A stretch of DNA of 64,000 nt from Sphagnum compactum (Eukaryota), in NCBI GenBank assembly GCA_965153455.1, contig OZ234493.1, positions 27,828,213 to 27,892,212 of the forward strand. Direction: 5' to 3'. A program made the translations under genes and the position numbers. This document shows, piece after piece, positions 52,948 through 64,000 of this stretch. A model generated the notes under the pieces. It was not told the origin of the DNA, ran no database searches, and saw nothing but the letters and a program-made list of their open reading frames with translations. The first letter of the stretch is position 1. The number at the start of each line of letters is the position of its first letter.

Positions 52948-53918
52948 TTACATATAGTAAAGACGTCGGGATGAAATGAAGCTTTTCATCCATCTGTCCG
53001 TCCGTCATCCATCCCGTCATCCGTCCCGTCATCCATCCAAACAGAACAAATATATATTTTAAAAGGGATAAAACTAGAAAAAAAATAAAAACAGAAAAAC
53101 ACTTTAACAATTAGAAACTTTTTGTAAACACTTAAACATGAAACAAAAAAGGAAAATACAGTAAAATAATCTTAAAATAAAATTATAAAATAGATGACAA
53201 AAAATAAGAAACAAAACAGAGAGCAAAAGAAAGAGAAAAAAAACCATACTTGAAAAACAAAAGAGGTTTGTCTTCTTTTTCCAAACTTCAAACCTGCATC
53301 TAATCAAACAAAAATAAAAAAGTTTTTTTTAATTTTTAATTATAAAACATATTAGAAAAACTAGAATTTTTTTGTAAAAGAAAATAGAAACTAAATAAAT
53401 AAATAAACGCATTAAAATAGAAAAAAAATGAAGATAGACAAAATAAGAATAGAAAAAAATTAAAACATGAAATAAACATAAACAAAAAAAAGTAAAAACA
53501 CAAAAACTATAAAAAAAGGAATGGAAACAAATGAAACAAGGAAAGGGAAATACAGTAAAATCATTTTAAAAGAAAAAAATTACAAAAAAGAAGAAACCAA
53601 ATAAAGAGAAGAAAATAAGAAAAAATAAAACTTATAATAATGAAAAAAAACCCTACTTGAAAAAGAGTGAGGTGTGTCTTCTTTCTCCAAACTTCAAACT
53701 TGCATCCAAATAAACAAAAATACAAAAGTGAAAAGAAACACTTATTTTTATTATACAAAATAATAATAATAACAGAAAACACATAAAAATAAAAAAAATA
53801 AAAAAGATGAAAGTTTTTTTTAAAAACTAAACCATGAACCAAACATTGTTGAAATAACACACCTGTGCATTAGGCACGGGGTTCAATGAAACATGGGTTG
53901 CACCGAGTGCTTGTCTAG
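52948..53918 (+). mobile_element. Non-autonomous Helitron-like element
   Basis: 3' end has hairpins CCTGTGC-ATTAG-GCACGGG (53862-53880) and GCAC-CGA-GTGC (53900-53910), then CTAG|T at 53915-53919. The 5' part has CATCC/CGTC microrepeats, and the body is A-rich with an internal duplication. The 5' border is approximate. Confidence 0.6.
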
Positions 53919-53921
53919 TAC

Positions 53922-54125
53922 CTGATACTGAGAAAACACAACTTGAGCAAACAATTGGTTGGCATGGTTGTATGCATTGAACTGAGAATCCATACTCCGG
54001 GTGGCAGCCAGCCGATCCTCCTGGGGCAGCCCAATGTAGTGAAAGAGGGGCCACAGCACATTATTGCAGTAGCCATTATAGTACTGGTCCACAGTATCAT
54101 CATCCAAAAATACAGGAACACAACC
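53922..54125 (-). pseudogene. TPS1: Isolated exon of a class I trehalose-6-phosphate synthase (TPS1-like)
   Basis: ttttcag|GCVPVFLDDDTVDQYYNGYCNNVLWPLFHYIGLPQEDRLAATRSMDSQFNAYNHANQLFAQVVFSQYQ|gta (68 intact codons). The neighbouring TPS motifs (SAGGLVSAL, WCHDYHL) were not found in the window. Confidence 0.85.
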
Positions 54126-56644
54126 CTGAAAATCCACGGTGTCCAGAAGTAATTATTATAAAGAAATATGGGCGAAATTCAGTTAACATTTCATTCATAA
54201 CATTTCACTCATTGATATGACAAGGAAATACAGACGTAATTCAGTAAACATTTCGCCCATTGATATTACAAGGAAAATATTATGCAATTCACTAGACACC
54301 CTGCTGTCATGTCGGCCATTAGTCAGGCCTCATTACAAACAGACCCATTTGGTGAAATCTAACTTTCACCTGAGTTCAATAATTACTGTAGAACTTTATC
54401 ATTGAGGGATGCTCTTTGGTATTACAAATCTGCCATTTTGTGTCTCCCACTCTGTACATGCCAATATGCCCAGCGGCCAAACAACTGGATGTTGTACATT
54501 CCCAGTTTCAGAAGCAACTAAAGTTAGGTCACTTGGTTCTCGCTGCAATACGTGTGTTTCATTTCACACTTGACATTATTAGTTCATAAAATAAAGTTCA
54601 CATTTTTTTATTCTGCATGTCAGCCCTAAGTAAATCCCCCATCCACCCATGGGCCTTACTCATGGGAAGGATCTTGTGCACACCGTTTAGGGAGCTTACA
54701 CCTACAGTAGTGGGTGTAGGTTCCTTTCTATTTTCTAGGAGGGACATTGACAACTGTAAGGTGACATCCAATTACACATAGGAAATTTCCCCAAGTGCTT
54801 GACAGGTGGGTTATCCCCATATGGCACTTATAGGGGTTAATGGTTGTAATAGTCCATGACATCAAACTCCTTTCTTCCTCTATTTTTTCCACTTCTTTCC
54901 AATGGTGCTTCCTTGAAGAAGCAGGTCATCAGGTTGTGGCTCTGCCCTTTGTGCAAAGTTCAAACAGCCTTGGGAGAGAACCAGCTATATTGGTAACATG
55001 GCCAAAAAAAAAGTGTTAGCATAAAGAAGTGTGTAATGTCTATATGGAACCAGATTCAGTTTTGAATTTGAAAAAATGTGTCAAAGTTAGAATTACATGG
55101 TTTTAAAATGGGAAGAACCAGGCTCAAACTCACACTCCATTTTTTCAAAGAATCAGAACCAGAGGTTTTCTTCAAAAAGAAAAACCACTCGACACTAGTA
55201 TTTGAATTTTATAATAATAGTCAAGTCTAGGTTTATGAAAAAATATAATTGAAAGAACTGCCTGGGTCGATTGTTTGATTTTTTAGGATTTAGAGAATTG
55301 CATGGGGCTAGGTTTTATAAACTGAACAATGGATAGTTATGAGGTGAGGCGAGGCTTTGGCTATGTGATTAACCAAGTACAAGCCTTGGTTCTTTAACAA
55401 ATACTCAGATGGGTATACATATGTGTGACCAAACAGCAGGTCACCACACTGGTGTAAACACAACATGTTTTTGAGGTTTGATTTTGTTTTATTAGTCGTC
55501 ATTATTTTTGCTGCGGGAATCTCTCCATTACTGCTGCATGGAATGCATGGGGAGGTCTCTCTCTGGGTGTGTGTGATATGAAGTACAGGAAGGAGGCGGC
55601 GCGAATGATGGTGAGGAGTGGAGCTACATTGATGAGAGGAGGTGGAAGGAACGACGGCGGACAGAGTGGGAGGGAAGATGAAATAGCAGAGGAGGGAGCT
55701 TTGGAGGAGGAGACTAGCAGAGGAGTGGAGCTGGAGAAAAAAAAAAGTTTTGGTCTTGCTTGGTGTGTAATGGGTAGTAGAGTAGTGCCGAATGTGGTAG
55801 ACGGAGTCAGAGATGCATAGACAGATAGGTGTGAAGGTCTGTTTCGGGAAGAACTTGGCTGGTTATTGAAACTCTCCGCTGCGCCAGCAACTTGGCCAAG
55901 TAGATGTGAATGCACTTATGAAAGGTTGGTGCCGAGGTATGATGAGGAACTGAGGGATCCGAGCCTTAGAATGGGGGGGGGGAAGGGGCATATTGACGAG
56001 AGTGAGCATCTGGGATGGGGAATTTGGGTTGCAGTATCGTGCATTGGTGTTGTCAGCTGTTGTCTCAGTGAGTAACATGGTGGGTTTTGAAACCAGAGGT
56101 CTGCTGATCGTCTTTGCATGAGAATTAATCCCTTTGAGAGGCACTAGCAAGCTTAGTTTCTGCTGTTCCGAATCAGAGGTTTCAGAATGCATTTGGACCT
56201 GAGAGTGTCCGGGTCATAGGTTTTTCAGTCAAGAAGAGTGAAGTAAAGTTGCATTGTTGCATTCTGTGGGAAAACATGTTAGAGGCTCAATGGATCGAGT
56301 GAGCACTGAGAGCTCTGACCTCAAAGGCTATACCTCAATAGGAGTCTGATCTTTGATGAATATCCTAGAGTCAGGAAGCTTGTACTCTCTGGCCGTTTTT
56401 GTGAATGCAAGGTGTGAGTTCTGGGTTCTGCAATCAGCTCTGCCGAACTGTATGAGTATAAGCAGTGTCTGTTTAAAGATCAGCGAATGTATACAGGAAT
56501 ATTCTGTGACAAAGAATGAGAGAAAAGATCAGGGGTTGTGGTTTGTTTCAGAATCTCAGAAAAACCAACTCTGTGTAGGCCATACAGGTCGTCAGGTTGG
56601 TTGTTTTGTCTTCCACCCTCTTTTTTGGTCACATATGTTCTTTA

Positions 56645-56830
56645 GCCAAAGTATTTGAAAGTCCCTCTTTGAAACCCCGGATCTTTAACAAATACTCAGA
56701 CAAATATACATAGGTTCTTTAACTAAGATATTTGAAAGCCCCCCCTCGAAACCCCGGTTCCTTAACAAATACCTGAATGGGTATACATAGGTTTTTTAAT
56801 CAAAATATTTGAAAGCCCCCCTTTGAAAAA
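56645..56830. repeat. ~78-bp tandem repeat, ~2.4 copies, with a partial dispersed copy at ~55385-55425
   Basis: TATTTGAAAG.CCC...GAAACCCCGG...TTAACAAATAC...TATACATAGGTT recurs. Confidence 0.8.
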
Positions 56831-59800
56831 CAATTGTTGGATCTTTAATACCCTTTAGGATCCTCAAGTCCTCCAAATGGACTTTATTTATTTTTATGTT
56901 TTTGGGTCCAGTGACTTCTTTTGGAAGACTTGTTGACTTGCAAATCTTGAAAATGGACTTGCCAGATGGGAAAAAAACTATATATATATATATATATATT
57001 CATTTGTGAGTCTGTTTTTAGGGCCAAAGTAAACCAGCAGCCACCATTACACCAGTTCCCCATTTTGTCCACTGGATGGGTTGCGTTTTTTCATTCGGCA
57101 CTAGATGGGTTCATCACAGTCCATTTCTTTTTGTTGCTCATCGTTGTACTTAGTCTTTTTGTTTTTGGTTGTTTTTTTCTTGGACCTAACCTCACATATA
57201 GCTACCTTACTCACCTTCTTGCTCTCATAAATATTGTATCAACCTTGGCACCTTATTAATTACCCCCTACTAACATACTCTAATAATTAGTTACCCTACT
57301 AACTTAACTACTATGCAAACTACCTACCTTACTAACTTAGCTACCCTATTAACTAGATATCCTATTAACTTAGCTTCCCTATTGACCTAGCTACCTTACT
57401 AACTAGCAACCCTATACACACAACTACCCTATTGACATAAGTACCTTACAAACTTAGCCACCTTGATAAGATAACTTTTTTCTTACATACTAATTTGCTA
57501 GTGTAACTTCCTTCCTACTTACAAACTTGCCTACCTACATGCCTACCCACCTTAATAACCTATCTACCTTGCTCCTTGAACTTCTTTTCTATTTACTAAC
57601 CTGCCTACCTACCCAACTACCTACCTATATACCTACTTACCTACCTATGCACCCACCTACCTACCTATCACTATGATTACCTACTTACCTACATTTTTTA
57701 CATAGCAAAATATCTAACTAACTACCAACTCACTTCTCCCACCTTCCCCTCCCCCAATACTACCAATTAACTTATTAAGGTTCACCTTAGTTCATGGATG
57801 ATGAACATAGGTCCCCATGTGTAAGTATTATAAACAATTTATACTGAAAACAATGTCATAATTATAGCCATTTTGGTTTAATTAATGCATACTTTATTAA
57901 ATTTTGTTACTTAATTTATTTATGGAATGAACATTAAAATACATCTTTTCATGTAATTATTATAAGTATGTACTATTGGATTATGGTTTAAGTTTAGGGT
58001 TTGCAAGACATAAACTAATTAACAAATTTTTCACAAATCTATAGTAATTAACTTAAACTAAGTTAAATTTGGGGGACATTTTTAGCATTTATACATATAT
58101 GAAACAATATAATTTCATTATATTTTCTTCAAAAAGAGTGGAAAAAATTAGCTTAGAGAGATCACACAAAGGTAAGAACATATATTTTCTTTTGATTTTT
58201 AGAAATTTATTTGATTATTTTTGAAAATTAAGGTTGATTTTTTGTCAATAAACATTTGTAGTTTAAAAGCTTTAAATTTTAGTTTCTAAATATAAATATA
58301 TATATATGCTTTGCATTACATAATTTGTATAGTTTTTTGGGTTTAAGGCATATATCATTTGGATGTTTAGGGTTAGGCTTTATGATTTAGGGTTTAGAAA
58401 TTTGGTTCATATATTTTAAAGCTTAAGGTTTATACTTTAAACTTTGCTCATTGTTATTGGTTTTGAATTTTATCAATTATTTAGAACTATGCCATAATAT
58501 GAATATATTTTGTTTACATATGTTCCATAGTTATTAAAGTTCAATATTTTTTAACCCACTTTTGTTTAAATGCAATACTCATATCATATTATGATAATTC
58601 ATTAACCATGAAACATAAAAATATTTTTTAAATATTTGATTCCCCACCAATACATCATGAAATTCATGTTTTCAAAATTATTTGTTGAACTTACAATATG
58701 ATTTCACACACATAAAAATGAACATAATATAGAATTGGTCACATTGATGGTAGAGGGGTTGAAGGTTTAATGTAAAATTTGCTACTTAATGTTAGAATTT
58801 AAAGTTTATCGAAATCAAAAAATTGAAAGTTCATGTTTAACATTTCTTCAATGATGTACATATTTATGTTTTTCCTTCTTAAAGTTGTAAACTCATTTCA
58901 AAAAACAAAAACATAACATTTCTAATTTAATAAGATTTTATTGCATGTTTAAAAATAATAATTAAAACACATGATTTTCTATTGGTTTTAATGTTTCACA
59001 TAATAATAAAAAATGATCTTTCCCATATATTAATCCTATGTATGATTAAATTTTTATTTTAAACTTTTTTTATATAATAAATAATTTATAGGCTAAAATA
59101 ATTATATAGTAGGTTAGTAATATTTTATATTTTATAAATATATAACACAAATCATTATGTCAAAAAAAATTTATGATGTATAATATTGGCTTTAAAATTG
59201 GTCTAAATATTTGTTATTTATAACATATCGAGGAACACATTATATATAATTCATAATATTATGAAATTTTACTGTTGATTCATTTGAATAAATATAATAT
59301 CTTCATATTTATTTTAAATAAAAAATATATATATATAATTAAATATATATATATAAACTCATGGTTATGTATAGTGTAATTTTTTTTATGAATTTTATTT
59401 TTAATGAAAATTTAAAAATTCCAAAAAAAAGGTTATTAACATTGTCAACGTGATGGGTAGATTGTCTCCAACAAACTCAAAAGTAGGCAATCCTTCTTCT
59501 AGCAACTAATCTTGTTTGATAAGATTTATAGCTTGTGTGTTGCACCCACTAATCTAATTTGTCATGAGACTTCTTCTCAAATTCTTTACAAGTGGATACC
59601 CATTTTTTCTTTGTTCAAGAGATTTTTTTTCAAGTTCTCGACAAATGGATTCCCATGTATTTTCTTTGCTCAAGAACTATTCTTCTCAAGTTTTCTACAA
59701 ATCGGTACCCATGCTTTCTTTTCTCAAGATTTCTATGAGACTACAAGTTGCATATCCAACTCATGAACAAATCAGATTTGTTCAAAGTTCCATAAAATCA

Positions 59801-60610
59801 ACCCAAGTTTGAAGCTTCGTCAAGCACTCTTCTCTTGAAACAAATCCATTGCCAACTAACCCAATTGTTTCTAATCAATTAAGTTTGAAGCACTAGCTTG
59901 AAATCAACGATGTGTTGGAAGCTTCATGGAAGTACTTGAGTAATTGTGTGTGATGGTGTTGTGTTAAATTGTATTTTTATGTCTTATTCATTCTACTTCT
60001 AGTGGATCTTTTGTAGGGTATAATGAGAATGGGATTACCAATAATGTGAAGGTGATGAATCATGTCACCATTCTATTGTAGGCCATGGATCATCCACCAC
60101 CCACAAAGATGTACGTGATATTGACCTTGCTGGATGATGCATTCAAGGATGTGGTACATCAGCTACATGCTAAGAGTTATGACATCTTAGTGGCTGACAT
60201 TTTTCCTACGTATTTCTTTTTCAGTTTGTTTCTAAAGCAGTCATAACAACAGCAACAATTCAAATGTTTTACAGCAACAGTAATGGTTATTGAAATCAAT
60301 AATGCGATGGCTAAAATTAAAGTAGCAAAAACTATTGTTCTTTTTCTTGCTACACCTTTTTTGAAGAATGTAGTAGCATCATCAACAAATGAAGAAAAAA
60401 AATAGTACAAGAAGAAGCTTGACAAAATAAAACCAACTAACTTCCATAATGTTCCAAAAACTGATTGCAAGGGGTTAATGTTCGAGCTGATGTTTGTTCA
60501 CATAAGAAGGTTTGATCTTGGAAACCTCCGAGATACCTTTAAATTTCATTTCGGGTATGATTTGGACTATTAAGTAGCTAAGTATGAAATTGTTCATAAG
60601 CTTTTGGAAG

Positions 60611-62531
60611 CACTATGAGAAATCATGTTTGTTGAAACCACACTACCTTGTAATTAAAACTCAAAAAAGAACTCATATACAACTATTATACAACTATCCC
60701 CTTAGAAGGTGTATTAATAAATAAATTACCATGTCAAAAAATCAAATAGTTGTATTATAATTGCGAGTGAGTTGAAAATGGGTCTTCTATATAATAATTA
60801 ACATACATCAACATACATAAGTAGTCAACCATGTTTGATTTTTAAGGAGTTGCATTGTAGTTACATGTGGCAACTACTTTAGACTATTATAAATGTGCCA
60901 CTAAATAAACAAATATGTTGCAACTAAGTACAATGTACATACATTCGATCATGCCATGTGTCCACATTTCCACCACCCATTATGGAATACATTTGCAACT
61001 AGTTTTCAATCATGATTCCCATTGATATAATTAATATAGCCATTAGTACGCCACTACTAAAGTACTACTATTCAACTATGTTATGACTATAATACAATTA
61101 TTTGTAACTTAATAATTATATATATTCATTAGTTATTTATATCTTCATTGTATGTGTTTCATTTGGAATGATTTAAAATGTTATGGGAGTGCTACCTCAA
61201 GCTTTAGAAATCATCTTTGAAATGTAAAAGAAAAGGAGTAATGAAAAAATGCCAAGAAAATAAATAAGCTTTCCAATTCACAAAACACATTTTTTTCCTT
61301 TTTTTCCTCTTTGGACCCCTCCTACTTTCAAACCTCATAACTTTCTTATTGCTTATTCATTTTAAACAATTTAAAATGTTATAAGAACACCACATGAAAT
61401 TCTACAAATCGTTTTTAGATTTTCATAACATCAGAACAACATACAAGGATTTTTTGGGTGTCCAGGAATTTGCTTTTTATAGCATTCGATGGTTTTTTTA
61501 AAAAGTTTTCAACCCTTTTTACTTTGGACGGCTATAACTTTTTCAATTGTATTTTGTTTTTGATGACTTTTAATATCATAGAGGCGTTAATAAAAAGGGT
61601 TCAAGTTTTGTTTGGACACCAGAAATAATGGAGCCCTCCCCTTGGATTTGGCATGCCCTCAACACTTAAGTGTTATAGTTGCAACTCAATTGCAATTTCA
61701 TTTGCAACTAAGGAACAACTAAAAGATTTAACCCTTATGTTTTGTCTTAAGATCCTATGTTATAAACTATATATAGAAGGTTTGTTCTCTCATATTTTCA
61801 CATTAAAATACAAGTGTCATTTTGGGATGAACTCAAAAAACCTTAATTTAAAGGTAAAACATAAATTTTTAAAAAAAATCATGATTATTTTAAAGTTCAC
61901 TTAATCTTATGTTTTCCTCCACTTACCTATTTATGTAATTAAGTAGGTCCTATTTTCTACCTACCTATGTAGTTTGGCAGGTTGGTAGGTCCTAAATAAA
62001 TACATAAATATGTAGGTATTAAAACCTACCAACCTACCTACTTATGGTTATGTGTGACTTACCTAGCTACTAAAATAAATGTTTATATTTATTTATTTAT
62101 TCCAAAATACAACTAATATGCCATGTGGTAATTTTTTAATGTGCCACATGTCACAATTTTGAACCATCATTAACAATCAAAATGAACTATGAAGATCAAT
62201 ATTTTGAAAAAAAAATCATTTTTATGTCCATAAACTTTCATGATGCCACATGTCTAATTTTAATAGATGGATGACAATCAATGACATTAACATGACATCA
62301 TGGGTGCAATTATAATGGAATTGCATAGTAGTTGAAAATGAATTATTTTGATTGAGTTGCAATTGAGTAGTAATGAATTGCACCGTATATATGATGAATT
62401 GCAACTCTGCAACTCGTGCAATTTGTCTGTTAGCACTCACGGCGTATAAATACAATGAGTTGTAAATGTCCTCTACAACTCAAATATTCAATTATAGGGC
62501 AAGTTGCAAAACACCCCTTTTTTTCATAATG
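60611..62531. mobile_element. Non-autonomous CACTA (En/Spm) element, ~1.9 kb
   Basis: Left end CACTATGAGAAA; right end TTTTCATAATG (inverse CATTATGAAAA). Near-TSD AAG/AAA. GCAACT subterminal repeats, and a homologous copy at 14918. Confidence 0.75.
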
Positions 62532-63474
62532 AAACCATCCTAAAGTTTGTGTGGACTCGGAAGTTTTTTCAACAGCTAAGTTATTATGGAATGCTTTTGA
62601 CACTTTGAAAAGTTGAACATGATTCGATCATCCAAGAAACACAACAATAATAAGAAGAAAGTAACTAAGAATTCACAACCTGGAACAAATTACCAGTTGC
62701 AACAAAAGCTCATAACCAAGGTTGTCAAATTGACTAAAATGTCAACACTAACCAAGGTAGACAACTTAGCCTAACATAAGTAATAGGCTAATAGGTTACT
62801 TGTTAGGTAACCTAATTAACTACTTAGTAGCCTACCCTAGGTGTACCTAGTAGAATATTTACATAATGTAGGCCTTCTAGGTTGGTATCTTAGATGGTCT
62901 AAGTAGGAATTCAAGGTGGTTTAACTTATTAGATACACCTACTAACTATGTAAATAGTTTACTAGCCTAGATCACCTAGGCTAGTAGCCTAAACCACCTA
63001 AGCCTATTAAACATTTATGATAATTTTATGTCTATTCCTTTTTGTATTCTAACACATGTTATTTTAATTTTTAAAAAATTTATTTAAAAAAATACATGTA
63101 CATGAATTTTTTTAGTTTAAAAATACATTTGTTCATATAATTATTACAAGTATATAATATTAAATTATGGTTTAGGTTTAGAGTTTGGGACATATAATTT
63201 TATTTATTTTTAAAATTTTTGTAGTAATTAAAATAATCTAAGGTGCAGTTTGGGGGGAATTTTTAGGGCTTAAACATATGTAAAATAATGCAATGTCATA
63301 TTATATCTTTTTTAAATACAGTGAAAAAAAACTCGGCTTGGAGATTTACCAAATGGTAAGAGACATATTTTTATTTTTTTTTAAAAAATATTTAATTATT
63401 TAAAAATTAAAGCCAAATTTCTAGTTAGTGAAATTAAATATGTGTGCAGGTATTGCAAACTTATGTGAATAATT

Positions 63475-63780
63475 AACCCTAAATGAAATACCCATATTCA
63501 AATTCATTTTGAAATAACCCATTGGTGATTTAGGTATCCTTAATAAAGACACAACCCTAAATGAAATACCCACATGTAAGGTCACTTTGAAATGACCAAT
63601 ATGTAATTTGGGTGCTTTTGATTGAAGACCAAAACCTAGATGCAATAACCACATGCAAGTTCATTTTGAAATAATCCATAGATGATTTAGGTACCCTTAT
63701 GTGAAACTTAATCCTAAATACAATACCCACATGTAAGGTCACTTTAAAATAACCAATAAGTGGTTTGGGTATCCAATATA
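63475..63780. repeat. 78-bp tandem repeat x4 with ABAB higher-order structure
   Basis: Units start at ~63475, 63553, 63631 and 63709. Units 1 and 3 share TTCATTTTGAAATAA...GATTTAGGTA; units 2 and 4 share CACATGTAAGGTCACTTT. Confidence 0.9.
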
Positions 63781-64000
63781 TGTATTTTAATAGTGAATTA
63801 TTATTCTAAATCATTTTATAACAATTAATTGTCATGAATAATTATATGAAATAATGATTTGAATAATTTTTCAACATAATGTTTTTAATTAAAATAATAA
63901 ATTAAATATCAAATTATCAATTTGATTTTTAGATCTAAATTTAAATTATCTTAATTATATGACATAATTTGTTGATACTTTTAAATTATTATGTCATATG

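Noticed and set aside
63421-63742. ORFs with 26-aa periodicity
   Set aside because: By-product of the 78-bp DNA repeat, and the frame is not maintained across units.

Overview
Eukaryotic nuclear DNA from a land plant. GT-AG introns, a plant cytosolic tRNA-Phe and the repeat landscape suggest a bryophyte, probably Sphagnum-like (inference). Gene islands alternate with very AT-rich, decayed transposon blocks at about 10-33 kb and 57-64 kb. Genes: a CYP72-clan P450 that looks frameshifted, tRNA-Phe(GAA), a 6-exon TONSOKU/BRU1-like gene, an 11-exon OTU7/OTUD3-like deubiquitinase with a SEC-C motif, an intronless group-D MAPKK, and one orphan class I TPS exon. Mobile DNA: three solo LTRs with perfect 5-bp TSDs, a truncated Copia with a half-tRNA-type PBS, an RTEX-like LINE, CACTA-type elements, and Helitron-like and Crypton-like remnants. 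The most striking feature is the TONSOKU-like gene. It keeps the full N-terminal TPR region and an E2F-site promoter, but no C-terminal LRR region was found. Instead it has a tandemly duplicated ~103-aa linker and an in-frame small-heat-shock-protein (alpha-crystallin) domain. Exon coordinates were read by hand and no database searches were run.
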